Shown here in pieces: positions 1 to 14,311 of a stretch of DNA of 64,000 bases. The DNA comes from Octopus vulgaris (lineage: Eukaryota). The DNA is taken from assembly GCA_951406725.2 (NCBI GenBank), contig OX597828.1:22878001-22942000 (forward strand), written 5' to 3'. The notes beneath the pieces are model-generated. The model was not told where the DNA came from and did no database searches. It was given only the letters and a program-made list of their open reading frames with translations. Within the stretch, counting starts at the first letter, position 1; every line of letters begins with the position of its first letter. Both the position numbers and the translations under genes were made by a program.

Positions 1-1
1 T

Positions 2-58
<57 letters not shown>

Positions 59-435
59 TGGTGGGATTTTCGTGTGTGTGTGTGAAGATCTCTTGAACAC
101 CCATTGACACAAGTCAGCTAGTACATTATTCATGGGGACAAAGGCTCGGGACCGTATTGATAGTGAAATGTTTAGCATTTTTGCCCTGTAAGACAAAGAG
201 TTCGCCCTTTAACTAAACATAGGAGATATTTAATTATTGTTTATGAATTGCTGCATTTGGTATTTGTAACTCGTTTACAGACGCTTATACGCATATAAGT
301 CATCTATCTATCTATCACCCTACCTACCTGTCTATGTGTATTCACGTATCTATATGTACATATATACGTATATATACACACACATATATATATATGTGTG
401 TGTGTGTGTGTTTATATATACATATACAGGCATGA

Positions 436-479
<44 letters not shown>

Positions 480-527
480 CTGCGTATGTATGTATGCAAC
501 AGCTGACCAGGCACCTCTTCGTGTATG

Positions 528-576
<49 letters not shown>

Positions 577-593
577 AATATTAAATTTCTAAA

Positions 594-648
<55 letters not shown>

Positions 649-940
649 CATGTATGTGTGTATGTATGCATGTATATGTATGCATGTACATGTGCATTCG
701 TCAGAGTGTGTCTGTGAATAAATGTCTAGATAATGCAAGACTGTGGTTAAGAACGGGTGTAGAGAGGGAAAGAGAGAGGAAATAAGAGCGGTATAGAGAA
801 GAGAGAAGAGATAATAAATCGGAATACAATCTTCATTTCCATTCCAATTTCTAAATGTCCATTACGTTATAGATTAAATAAATATCGTGAGTACTTGAAA
901 CACGGGCTGCTTAGACACACATACATACATACACACACAA

Positions 941-1001
<61 letters not shown>

Positions 1002-1524
1002 AATATATGTATATATATATATATATACACATACATATAAACATATTTATTCATATTGGTATATATATATATATATATATATACAAACATACGCACATAT
1101 ATATATAGGTATATATATATGTATATGTGCATATATGTATATATATATATATTTGCATGCATAAATGTTAAGTGCAAATAAGAACAATATGTACAAATAT
1201 GTACACATGTATTTAATTTTATTGTATCTTAATCCAGACCCTTGCCAGTCCAACACTAAAGCCACCACCAAAACAATGAGCACTAATAAACACACACACA
1301 CACCGGCTCTAGTACACCGCCAACACCAAGTGTACCATGTACAGTACAGCCATTAACAAAAGCAAACAGCAATAATACAGTCACTACGAGCACCGAAAGC
1401 AAAGAAAATCGGTTGAAATTAGTCTTAATATATCTTCATACGTACTTCCTTTTGAGACACGCGCATATATCCATGTTAAGCGTATATATGCATGTACATG
1501 TGTGCGTATGTGTGTGTATATATG

Positions 1525-1577
<53 letters not shown>

Positions 1578-1623
1578 TTTGTATATATATATATATGTAT
1601 ATACATGCGTGTGTGTGTGTGTG

Positions 1624-1681
<58 letters not shown>

Positions 1682-1774
1682 TACACACACAAACACACAC
1701 ACACATATAATTGTTGCAATTATATATTGCAGAAAGTAAATATAGACCCACGCATACACACACTCGCCTAAAGT

Positions 1775-1814
<40 letters not shown>

Positions 1815-1875
1815 AATATGAGTATATATATTCAAATATGAGTATATATATAATTTTCGCGTAGAAATTAATAAA

Positions 1876-1917
<42 letters not shown>

Positions 1918-2017
1918 TGTGTTTGAGTGTGTCTATTTTTATTTATGTATATTAATATATGTATATATGTATATATATATATATATATGTGTGTGTGTAT
2001 GTGTATGTATGCTCAGC

Positions 2018-2061
<44 letters not shown>

Positions 2062-2662
2062 ACACAGAAAAACAACTGCTTAAAACATGAACTTTAAATT
2101 AAATTTTGCAACATGGTTTCACTTGAAAAATAATAACCCCAATACTACTAATAACAGGAATATTTCGAATGCTACAGACATCACTAATGCTCAGACCCTC
2201 ACATTTACTCTAAAAATGCTTCAGTAGTTTCGAAATAAGTGAAAACTGATTAAGCGGACAGTTTTAATACTATTGTACGTGAAGTTTCTACGCCGCTTTC
2301 AAACACAATTCTTATACACATGATAAATATCGATTTAGCTGCCATTTTGTTTTCCAATACAAACTGCGGCGGGAAAACAGGAAGCGTCTTCAAACTTATG
2401 TAGCGAAACTGGAGAAGAAAAAAAATGTAAAATTAAAATAAAATGAGTGTAAGAATGATTTGAATAGTAATGTACGCACGAATAGAACAAGCGAAATATC
2501 GAATATGAAATATTGACTTAAACACACTTGGTTTTTCTGTTTGTCTGTCTGTCTGTTAATATGTCTATGTCGGCATATGTATGTGTATGTATATGTACTT
2601 GGACGTGTCACCTATATGTTTATATATGTATGTTTAGCTGTAAAGAGCGTTTGTTGGAGAAT

Positions 2663-2705
<43 letters not shown>

Positions 2706-2953
2706 CATCCCACATACACACACACATATATATACATGCATATATATATATATATATATATATAGCTATATGTATTTATATATGTGGGATGGGTTAATGA
2801 ATATGTGTGCATGTGTACAAATACATATGCATATATATGTGCTTATGCACGTATGTATATATATGTATATAACATATATGTACTCAAATGCGTATACATT
2901 CTAACAAATAAACAAATAAAAATACAAAATGCGCATATATATCATTATCTAGA

Positions 2954-3037
<84 letters not shown>

Positions 3038-3429
3038 TGTGTGTGTGTGTATGTGTGTATGTGTGGACGTGTGTGCGCACTCGTTTTTTGTGTGTGAACG
3101 TGAAGTAATATATTTAGTTAGGTATGTCTCTATGTATATATGTTTGTATATATGTCAATAAGTATGTATGTATATAGGTATGTTTCAAGAATTGTATTTG
3201 ATTACTATTGTCTCGTAACGAAGCTAATTATCTTGAAGGAAGTATAGAGCTAATTTCTAATGGCACAGGTTATATTAATGCAAGCTAATTACTGCCTCGA
3301 TTTCCCACAGTCCTCACACTCTGTTTGCATTGATGTGACAGGAATTGGCGAGTAGCACCATTTTAATCTTTAAATCAGCATCTTGATGGTATATCACTGC
3401 ATAACATGCCTCCAGATAAACGCATTTCT

Positions 3430-3743
3430 CTTCTTCTTCTTCTTCTTCTTCTTCTTCTTCTTCTTCTTCTTCTTCTTCTTCTTCTTCTTCTTCTTCTTCT
3501 TCTTCTTCTTCTTCTTCTTCTTCTTCTCCGTTTCCTTCTTCTTCTTCGTCCTTCTTCTTCTTCGTCCTTCTTCTTCTTCTTTTCCTTCTTCTTCTTCGTT
3601 TCCTTCTCCTTCTTTTTCTTCTCTCTTCTTCTTCTTCTTCTTCTTCGTTTCCTTCTTCTTCGTTTCCTTCTTCTTCTTCGTCTTCTTCTTCCTCTTCTTC
3701 TTCTTATTATTATTATTAATATTATTACTCTACTACAACTACA

Positions 3744-3801
<58 letters not shown>
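3430..3801 (+). repeat. Compound microsatellite (TTC)n-(TTA)n-(CTA)n
   Basis: Directly visible trinucleotide arrays; source of the poly-F/L/Y pseudo-ORFs. Confidence 0.98.
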
Positions 3802-3802
<1 letters not shown>

Positions 3803-4293
3803 GCTAGTTCTTTTCATTCTTCTTCTACAACTATAAAATAACTACTACAACTAAGACGACGATCACCACCACCAACACCACCACCTCTACTACATCTTCA
3901 ATTTCTGATTTCATAACTAAACTTTATCTACTTTCCCTATAATCATTTAGTGAACGATAATATAAGGTACCAGTTACATTTTGGTATCGACGTCATGTAT
4001 TAATGACAAAGTAAACCTCCAGAGAACATGAACTCAGAATGTAGCAACGGACGAAATACCACTAGGTATTTTGCCTGGCGTACCACTTGAGCGAGTGTAG
4101 TAGGCTAGCAGCAAAAGGAGTATAATACAAGCATATCTGTATAGGGATCATAGTGGTTCAACATGATAGACATGTGCTATGAACACGAATCAGAGGTAAT
4201 AGAAAGTGAGATTTACGGGACCTTGCGAGTGTTCCTATGAAGACGGACCATATCTTTGAAGTAAAAAGAGCAAGTTTTTGAAGACAAAATGAA

Positions 4294-4585
4294 CAGATGT
4301 AGCTGCGTGGTAAGAAACTTTCTTCCCAACTACATGGTTCCGGGTTCAGTCCCACTGCATGGCATCTTGGGCAAGTGTTTTCTACTGGGTGTGTATATAT
4401 GTGTCTGTTCCTACCACCACCATACCACCATCCCTTGACAACCGATGTTGGTGTGTTTACGTACGCGCAACTTAGCGGTTCGAAAAAAGTGGCCGATATA
4501 ATAAGTACTAGGAGTTGATTTGTTCGATTAAAAAAAGCGGTGCTCCAGCATGGCCGCCGTCAAATCACTGTAACAAGTAAAAGAA
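4294..4585 (+). mobile_element. tRNA-derived SINE, family A (octopus OK/OR-type)
   Basis: A/B-box-like head (GTGGTAAG...GGTTCCGGGTTCAGTCCC), CTTGGGCAAGTG core, 3' CCAGCATGGCCG...ACAAGTAAAAGA; homologous to copies at 29952, 54728 and 61505. Confidence 0.85.
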
Positions 4586-4947
4586 CAAAAAATATACAAA
4601 GATATTGCGAGTCCCAATGTTAAGAGAATTTTAAAAAATTGAAACGTTAATATCTAATCCGAGAGCTGAGGTCTCTGCGGAAAGCAAACAACAATTATTC
4701 ACGTAGCACTGGCAACATTTTTCTCAAATTCCCAGAATGCAACTTCAAAGCGTGAAGGAGATTGGAAATGAGACTCGCATTGTCCACCTGGAGAAAAGTA
4801 TTAACCTGTATTCTACAAGAATTCTAAAGAAGTTTCTTGAGATTTGAGGAGACTTGTTATCAATAAAACTCGAGTTTAATATTCCTACCAGCAAAATTTG
4901 CACACCCTAGCGTAATAGTAATGATGATGATAATGATGATGATGATT

Positions 4948-5158
4948 GCTAATTTTGGTAAAAGTGTAGCAATTTCGGTAAGAATTGCCGTAATCGATTG
5001 TATCGACCCCAGTGATCAACTGGTTCTTATTATACCGACCCCAAAAGAATAGAAGGCAAAGTCGACCTTGTCGGAATTTGAACTCAGACAATAGTGACAG
5101 ACGACTTGACGTTAAGCATTTTTCCTGAAGTGCTAATGATTCTGCGAGCGTACCTCCT
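4948..5158 (-). mobile_element. tRNA-derived SINE, family B
   Basis: Reverse complement of CTGAGTTCAAATTCCG...GGTCGACTTTGCCTT...GGGGTCG; next to (TAA)n. Confidence 0.8.
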
Positions 5159-5160
5159 TG

Positions 5161-5226
<66 letters not shown>

Positions 5227-5272
5227 GTAATAATAATAATTATTATTATTATTATTATTATCATTATTATTA

Positions 5273-5548
5273 TCCTTTCTACTATAGGCACGAGGCCTGA
5301 AATTTTGGGGGAGCGTGCTAGTCCATTACATCAAACCTAGTACGCAACTGCTATTTAATTTATAGACCCCGAAAGAATGAAACGTAAAGTCGACCTCGGA
5401 GGCATTTGAACTCAGAACGTAACGACGGATGAAATACTGCTAATAATTTCGTTCAGTGTCCTAATAATTCTACCAGCTCGTTGAAGCATTTGAACCCAGA
5501 ACGAAAAGACGGACGAAATGCCTCTAGGCATTTTGTTCGGGTTGCTAG
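5273..5548 (-). mobile_element. SINE family B copy plus partial second copy
   Basis: AAAGTCGACCTCGG...TTTGAACTCAGAACGTAACGACGGATGAAATAC, partly repeated at about 5485-5548. Confidence 0.8.
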
Positions 5549-5549
5549 C

Positions 5550-5895
5550 AACAATGTGTAATCCTCAAGAAGGAGGAAATGTTAAAGGGCTGCTTATGGA
5601 AAAATACCATTAGAAAACCCTGGGTAACCTGAGTTTTGGAGCAGGCGCATTTTTCCTTTTCTTTTTTCACTCTGCAAGCATATGATCAGGGCAGGCCCAT
5701 TCACTCGCACCCTTCTCACCACTTTTATCCACTTTTCAGCAAACTGGCTAGAAGACAACACTTCCCTCTCTACCCTTCTGTTCCATTTCAAGTGAAACTT
5801 CAAGAAATTGGTCGGGGATTGACCAAAGATAGAGGCGTTTGTCTTCAGCCCCTGCAATCTCGTCCATCATACAACCGCTTTCGCTATGGCCACCT
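5550..5895 (-). mobile_element. L1/Tx1-clade LINE 3' fragment (ORF2 C-terminus and 3' UTR)
   Basis: Minus strand reads VAIAKAVV*WTRLQGLKT...NFLKFHLKWNRRVEREVLS..F.EKW, resembling Tx1-type ORF2 ends. Confidence 0.6.
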
Positions 5896-5928
5896 CACAT
5901 TGATGATAATAAAAATGATGATGATGAG

Positions 5929-6107
5929 GATTTCAAATTTTGGCACAAGTCTAGCAAGTTCAGTGAAGGGGGTAAGTCGATTATATCGACTTCAGTAGCG
6001 AATTCGAACTTATTTTATCGACCCCGAAAGAATGAAAAGTGAAGTCACCCTTGGCAGAATTTGAACTGAAAACGTGATACCGCTAAGGATACTGCTGGCT
6101 CGCCGAC
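5929..6107 (-). mobile_element. SINE family B
   Basis: TTTATCGACCCCGAAAGAATGAAAAGTGAAGTCACC...ATTTGAACT...CTGCTGGCTCGCCG, followed by (TAA)n. Confidence 0.75.
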
Positions 6108-6136
6108 GTAATAATAATAATAACAACAACAACAAC

Positions 6137-6198
<62 letters not shown>

Positions 6199-6199
<1 letters not shown>

Positions 6200-6389
6200 C
6201 CTTTCTATTATAGGCACAAGCCCTGAAATTTGGGGGAGGGGTATTATCGATAACATCGACTCAAGTACTCAATTGGTACATAATTTATCGACTCCGAAAT
6301 GATGAACGGTAAAGTTGCCCTCAGCGGAATTTGATTCCAAAGCGTATAGATGGATCAAATGCCGCTAACGACTCTGCCAGGTTGCCGCC

Positions 6390-6390
<1 letters not shown>
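6199..6390 (-). mobile_element. SINE family B
   Basis: CCTTTCTATTATAGGCACAAG...ATCGACTCCGAAA...CTCTGCCAGGTTGCCGCC between (TAA)n tracts. Confidence 0.8.
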
Positions 6391-6447
<57 letters not shown>

Positions 6448-6707
6448 TAAGGATAATTGTTTCTGATTAAAAAAAAAAGCCAGTATGTTGCGTCGAGGCG
6501 TTAAGAGATGTATTAAGGTAGTACTTGACTGAAAACTTATTTTATCGGCTACCGGTAGGGAAACATTTAAATGTATCTCTTGGGTATTTTAATTCCCAAT
6601 GTAAATTGCCAAATCTAAACACGGTAATTCATTTTTTTTCCATTGCTCCAACGTCTGCCACCATCAATAATAACAACAACATCAACCTCAGCAACAACAA
6701 CAACAAA

Positions 6708-6755
<48 letters not shown>

Positions 6756-6970
6756 TGTTTGTGTGTAAAGAAATCAATGAATGACAAATAGAGGTTGCGT
6801 GCTAATAAATATCTAATAACATAACACAAGTTGGAATATGCAGCAATAGGTTTCATCACACGAGTTTCAGATCAAAACCAAACCAAGCAACCAACAAGAT
6901 TGAAAATAATAAAGATATGATAATAATGATAATAATGATACCAATAATAATGATAAGAAGAAGAGCAATG

Positions 6971-7040
<70 letters not shown>

Positions 7041-8427
7041 TAATAATATTACAAAATGAGTAATAATAATAGTAACAAAAAAAAATAATAATAATAATAA
7101 AGTGAACAAGAGGCACACAACAGATACCAGACGAGAAGAGAAGACATTTCACAAAATTTGAAGAAATATTTACACAAAATTTAATCTTTAGTTTCCTTTT
7201 TTGAATTTTTTTTTTTATTATTTTCTCTTATTTTAGTTTTCTACAACTTCTTTTTTCACTCTTTAATATCAGATTAGCACTAAATATGATACTAATATTA
7301 ACATCTGTAGATTTTATATTTACATGCTGTCGTTTCATATTTTTATAGTCTTTCATATTTAATTGACAAGGTCCTTTTTTTTTTTTACCTAAATATAAAT
7401 ACCAAAATTTAAAATTTAAAGAGCAAATTTTATTGCAAAACTGTCAAATTACTTAATTCTATATTTTTTTCTGTTTTCGAATCTTTCCTTATTTCCGTCC
7501 ATTTCCTTCATTCTTTTCCCTCTTTCTTTGCAGTCCATCTTTCTTTCCTTCCTTCCTTCCTTCCTTCCTTCCTTCCTTCCTTCTTCTTCTTTCTTTCTTT
7601 CTTCCTTTCACCTCTCTCCGTCTACTTCTTTCTTTCTTCCTTTCTCTCCTCCATCACTTTCCCGTTCCCTTCCATTTTTCTACTTTTCTTTTCTTCCAGT
7701 ATATCTGCATCCTCATTCTCCCATCTTATTCCTGTCTGAAATGTTTTTCTTTATTTTTTTCCTACCCAAATATCTTAATATCTTGAACTATAATTTCGCC
7801 ATTTTGAGAATATAAATATGTTATTCATTCATATAAAGTGTGATTTAAAAAAAAAACTTATACAAAATATGTATATATCTATAACATATATACATGTACA
7901 TATTATTTATAAATATATCCATGTATCACTATATATATATATATAAATTCATATATATATATATAAAAAAATATATATATATATATATATGTATATCTAT
8001 ACATATACATACATGGATATATGTATATATATATATATATATATAACCAATATTGTAGTTGAATATCTAATGTATCGTTACGATATGGTTTAATAATCTA
8101 ATTGATCATGGTAAGGAAAAAAAGGATGATATTGGCTACACAAAATGAAACGTATTGCAAAATTAATAAATTCCACAACAAGCATCGTAGCAATATTATC
8201 TGTGTTAAGAGTAAATCGAGAAAACGGTGAATAAATGTTGTTTAGAGAACACATCATTGAGATAGGATATATTGATACATTTGTTTGAAGTTCTTTGGCA
8301 TATATTCCATGTTACGTATTATTATTTCATCGATGTATCTTTGCACACTCATATGTACTTGTATATATAAAATACATATATACATATATACACATGCGTC
8401 TCACTCTCTCTCTCTCTCGCTCTCTCG

Positions 8428-8469
<42 letters not shown>

Positions 8470-8538
8470 CGAATATATTTCTTTATATAAACCTATACAC
8501 AGATATTTATCACCACCTTTATATAATGCATACATAGA

Positions 8539-8605
<67 letters not shown>

Positions 8606-8791
8606 TTTTTTTTTCAAGCATACACATATATAAATACTCTCAAACACGCAGATAAACTGCGTACACACCTATATATAGATATGTGTATGTATATATACGG
8701 ATCTATGTGTATATACTTGTATATATATATATATGTATGTGTATATATATATATATATATATTTATGTATGTGTATATAAATATATGTGTG

Positions 8792-8865
<74 letters not shown>

Positions 8866-8939
8866 AGTATGTATGTATGTAAGCTCAAGTACCTGAGAGA
8901 CCAATACTGGTGAATGCATTTTTGTCACATAGGATGAGA

Positions 8940-10060
8940 GTGATTTAAATAAATTCTATGAGATTTAGAAATAGTCTATGATTACGTTAGGTGGGAACGT
9001 TCCTGCTTTGGTTATTTCTGATTCTGTAGACTCATTATCAAAGGCACTTTATGTGTGAACTTCCTTTCTTAACAGAGATCTCTAAGTTTCGCTTTATTAC
9101 ATCTGGCAGTTACTATTACCTCCGCATTAGGGGTATTTGGTTGGTTACAGCTTCATTAGGGGACTAGTTTAGGGATTTCATTGATAAGAGTGCTAATTCT
9201 ATTCTTTGTCATGAAAATTAACTATTTTGTGCCGAGATTTTACTACGAATAAAGTAACATTTTTTTTAAAGTTTATTTCTTTAGTGCTTATTCATATGAC
9301 GTAATATTAAACACCCATTAATATAGCAGAGGCCACCTTGTAAAAATTTAAATCTATTGTGTATCATTGGCAATATGTAAATGTAGTTTAATTCACATAT
9401 TTCCACGGAATCTATCGATCCCATGCAGACATCAAAGAAATAATTACCATTTTTATTTACCATCGGGTTTTTGTCAATGGTTGATATAGATTTTCTGCTA
9501 TTCATAATGATTTAATTTCTGATTCACTAATAGAAATATGTTTGCTGGCAAAGTTAATGCTTTTTGGATTAAGGTCTTAGTAGTAGAAGGATAATGATCT
9601 GCGATGTCAAAATGACTAAATCTATATTATTGATATTATCGAACCGCTTTATAACTTACATACTGCTTTTCAATACTGGTAACCAGGAAACGCTTTTAAT
9701 GTTGATAATTATTTTATCTAACGTATATTTGCTAACTGTATTTAATTGCGCTTTGTTTGGGCGGATAAGTCATGTAGATGCATTGCAATAAAATTGGCTA
9801 GTGATCCTTTTAGGTGTTATATGTTCTCTCTAGAGGTAAAACTTTAACTTTATCGTCTATATTGTATCAAGTTTTAATCTTTATAGTTTCTAAGATTATT
9901 GAATGTTACTATTGTTTTTTGTATCGAGCGATGTTTCCATTGGACTGGCTATTCTGGAGTGGCTTTTATTGACTTTGCCAATACGTCTTCATGCTTTTGT
10001 TCAAACATATAGTTATTTCCTTACTCATTCCATGATATCCATTGTAAATAATATATGGCT
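8940..10060 (-). mobile_element. Decayed Penelope-like element reverse transcriptase (resembles the Naiad type)
   Basis: Minus-strand motifs in the expected order across frameshifts: ITPK/DH*P...*LIRPNKAQLNTVSK; HFDIADHYPS; MNSRKS...FDVCMGSIDSVEICEL; GGLCYINGCLI (compare FDVTMGSYDGAEICEL...GLYRDDGL); KIVNFHD. Confidence 0.8.
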
Positions 10061-10182
10061 CCAAAAATTATGGTTGGTAAGCCAACATACTGCTACAACA
10101 ATCATACATACCTACACTTGCAGATATGTGTTTATCTGATATATACATGGATACACAAACACACACACACACACACATATAT

Positions 10183-10257
10183 GAGGAGAATTCACAAAAG
10201 AACAAAAGACGAAGACAGGTGGTGTGGACCACAAACAGATGTATTAGTATAACGCTC

Positions 10258-10258
<1 letters not shown>
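10183..10258. repeat. Truncated (TA)n-flanked interspersed repeat; loosely related inverted relic at about 12630-12790
   Basis: GAGAATTCACAAAAGAACAAAAGACGAAG...GTATTAGT resembles the reverse complement of ACTAATAAACC...TTCGTTCTTTGTTTTTTTGTAAAT. Confidence 0.4.
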
Positions 10259-10293
<35 letters not shown>

Positions 10294-11241
10294 CCTGTTC
10301 CCCTTTGTCTGATATTAACTGCAGCCCTATGTATTCAGAAACTCGAGAAAACCATCTGTTAGATGTTCTATCACGTGTGTCTGGCTTTTGGGAAGTTCTA
10401 GAGGGATACACAACACCACGAATTTATTGGGTCACCTAATAATTATTTGCGCAAATCATTTTCAGTTCCTTCCTTTTTTCCCCTGTTCCAAAAAATGTAT
10501 AAATGCCAAGAAAATAACTAAAGGAAAAAGAAATAAAAGACAAGAAAAAAACAAAAACAAATACCCTAAAGAAAAGAAAGACGAGATTGAAATATAGTAA
10601 CATTGTAAACTGATGACCGAAGGTTAATCACTTTGGTAATGTTGGTTCCACTAAAACCATTATAGTTCTACAACCTATATATCATAGATTAACATCGGTT
10701 CTGACATACAAGTGTGTGACATTTATGGTCCTGCACAGAAAAATGGCGAAATAAAATCAAAGAAGAAATATAGAAAAATCCACCGAGCTATCTGAATATT
10801 TGTGGATTTATTTTTATATGAAGTTATATTTTTTTTGCAGATGGGTGTGGGAGATGCGGTCTATTTTTTTTATATCTTTTTCTTTATTATATTTTTGTGG
10901 TACGCTTTTTACGCACGAATAACGGGGGAAAACAACAAGAATACAAGGCAAAAATGTAAAAAAAAAACGAGATATATGGATGAAAAAAGCAACATATTCG
11001 GTTATAACAAATTACTCTTGTAGAGAGAAGCGTGTGTATATATATATATATATATATATATGCATACACACGTGGACGTCTCTGTGACTTAGCCGCTCCG
11101 TAAAAAACTGATAGAAAAATTACCAGGATTCAAGAAATAATAAGTATTGGGGTTAATTCATTCGGCCAACATTTTTGAACCTCGTAGCCCAGCAGGGTCG
11201 CAGTCTAGTGAGTAAAAGCGAAGTAAAGGACATATATGTAT

Positions 11242-11306
<65 letters not shown>

Positions 11307-11404
11307 CACACCTACCCACTCACGTTCACACATATATATGTATATATATTTATATGGGAGGAATGGATGCTTTTAAGTTTCTGTCTGCAGTTTTCTATGC
11401 TTAT

Positions 11405-11570
11405 GCGGGAAGCTGGTAGAAACGTTAGCACGCGGGGTAAAATGCTTATCGCTATTTCGTTTTTCTTTATGTTCTGAGTTCAAATCATGCCGAGGCTGAC
11501 TTTGGCTTTCATCCTTTCGGGGACGATAAACTTTCCCCAAAATTTCGGGGCTTGTGCTTCGAGTAGAAAA
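11405..11570 (+). mobile_element. SINE family B
   Basis: GCGGGAAGCTGGTAGAAACGTTAGCACG...TTCTGAGTTCAAATC...CATCCTTTCGGGG. Confidence 0.85.
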
Positions 11571-11895
11571 GTATATATATATATATGTTTGTGTGTATGT
11601 GGAAATATATGTATATGTAAGAAAAGTAGAAGTTGAAAATGTAGTGAGAATAGATAAAATATTTTTTTAATAATATATTTAAAGCTTTAAGCGATTTTCC
11701 TCAGTTTACACCGATTTTCAAAATGTTGAAAATCATTTTAAATGTGAAACCGGTTAAAGCTGCAAATATCTTATTCTTTGTAAGCCTAGAACTTATTCTA
11801 TCGGTCTCATTTGCTGTATACACACCGGCATCCGTTGCCAAGCGATGTTGGGGGGACAAACACAAACACAGAAACATATACACACACATACATAC

Positions 11896-11949
<54 letters not shown>

Positions 11950-12118
11950 CGGAGATGTACTTGCATAGCAAGTGACCTGATCTCAGATCGTGTGCTGGAA
12001 GGAAAGCAATTGCATCTCAGCACGGAGTTTTGTCATTTAATGAGAAATTAAATTTAGATGTTGAAGCGAATCTAACGGTTTTTGTGTGTTTCTTAAATGG
12101 CTTATAAACACCTTCCAC

Positions 12119-12154
<36 letters not shown>

Positions 12155-13612
12155 TGAGAGAGAGAGGGGGAGAGAAATTATGAGAAAGTTTGAAATAGCC
12201 CAAGTAAATCATAGTGATTTTGAATGAGAACACTGAGAAAATTATACAGTACATTTATTTAGAAAGTAATTATATCTGGTAATTAATTTTAGATTAGAAA
12301 TTATACTTTATATATTAATGGATTAATATGTAATGAGATAAGTATAAAGAATAAAAGTATAGTGTGTATGATTTATGTTTAAGCCCTGGAAACAGTACGA
12401 CTACATTATTGGCAGCGCTTCGAGCAAAATTCCACAAAGAATGGTTATTTCCCCATCTTACTTGTTTCATGCATTGTTTTATCCTGTTATTTCTTATTTT
12501 TGAAATTGATACTCGTTCGATTTGTCCTCTTTGGGTATACATCCCAATTTACTGGGCTATAGTCAACCCCCGCATCGCCTGTTGTCAGCGACTGTTAAAA
12601 TAAAAAAAAAAGCAAGCACATCTTTAAACCCGTTCTTTTCTTTTTCTTTTATTTTTCCTCTCTGCAACTGTTATCTCTCCTCATTCTTTTTTGTGGAAAA
12701 GCCTATGTTCGAAACATTAAACACGCTTTCAATTTTTCTCAGTGACACACTAATAAACCTTGTTCGTTCTTTGTTTTTTTGTAAATGTGAGTGTGTGTGT
12801 CATGAACCATCATAACGTTTCCGTTATCTAATTCATTCGGAAGGCAGTGAAGTGAAAGGAGCTCGACTAAGTTACAGTGCTCTAGGACGAACCCAAAACC
12901 AACAGCTTATGAAGGAAACTTCTGAACCGGACCTCTATCCTTTCACCAAAGCAAATATATTATTCTGTCGGAATCTAAATATTTTCAGGTTCGGTTTCAT
13001 GCATTCTTGCCATTATAGATTGATGACAGAAATTGCAGTTAAAAGATGAAGTGAATAGTGTCGTTATTCCTAAGTACGAAATCATTATTATATGTGTAAA
13101 TGTCTGGAGTGCTTTTGGACAATAAAATTTCACTTGAACTTGGTGTTAATATATTTTTTCCTATTTAGTGTATAGTAACCCAACAATACACTTCACTGAA
13201 GCAGTCAACAAGTTTGAAGTGTCAGAGCTGTCTGGAAAGTATTTAACAACATCCTGTCGGCCCACGTATTTTGTATCAAGGAATATACTAAGGTTTCATA
13301 GAACTAAAAGGTTACGATATATAACACGTCATATTACTTAGATCAATAGGTACAATTAGAACAGACCAGGAAATATTAGAAATACTGTTGTTGTTAACAT
13401 TCATTTTCGTTGTAATCTATTTCTTTTATTCTTTATTTGTGTATTGTTCTTATAAGTAAATACAATGTGCGGGGGTAGATCCACAGGTCTAATTCTGACA
13501 GTATTTCACTTGCGAAGTACCAGATAGACCATTCCGGGTGCGTAACCTCTTATTTAGTGCACCCTTTGGTATTAGAGACTTAGGTCGCGAAGCTGATACA
13601 TACATACATACA

Positions 13613-13648
<36 letters not shown>

Positions 13649-13809
13649 TGTATGTATGTATGTATGTATGTATGTATGTATGTATGTTTGTATGTATGTA
13701 TGGATGGATGGATGGATGGATGGATGGATGTTGTGTTTATTTCTGTGTGAGTGTGTGTGCGTGTATTTTCCCTATTTCCTTCTCAGTGTCTCTGACTATA
13801 TTTATGTAC

Positions 13810-13841
<32 letters not shown>

Positions 13842-13969
13842 GCATACAGATAGAATCCCAAGTCGCCCACGCGCGCGCACACACAGACACACACACAGGG
13901 GCACATATACGCACAAAAACAGACACACGCACGCACGTATATATACGCACGTACATAGTTGTTATTTAC

Positions 13970-14190
13970 AGCTGGCAGAAACGTTAGCACGCCGGGCGAA
14001 ATTCTTTGAGGTATTTCGTCTGCCGTTACGTCCTGAGTTCAAATTCCGCCGAGGTCGACTTTGCCTTTTATCCCTTCAGGGTCGATAAATAATGTACCAG
14101 TTACGCACTGGGGTCGATGCAATCGATTTGATCCCTTTGTCTGTCCTTGTTTGTCCCCACTATGTTAGCCACTTGTGAGCAGTAAAGAAT
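13970..14190 (+). mobile_element. SINE family B, near full length
   Basis: High similarity to 54420-54648 (GCTGGCAGAAACGTTAGCACGCCGGGCGAAA...GGTCGACTTTGCC...CAGTAAAGAA). Confidence 0.9.
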
Positions 14191-14254
14191 TATATATATA
14201 TGGACATATATATTTATTTCAATTTATATAAGCACAGACACAAGCACAGATATG

Positions 14255-14311
<57 letters not shown>

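Noticed and set aside
9770-9772. In-frame TGA in the PLE RT as possible selenocysteine
   Set aside because: Aligns to the Arg of the RLIxP motif (likely CGA to TGA decay) in a copy full of other stops and frameshifts
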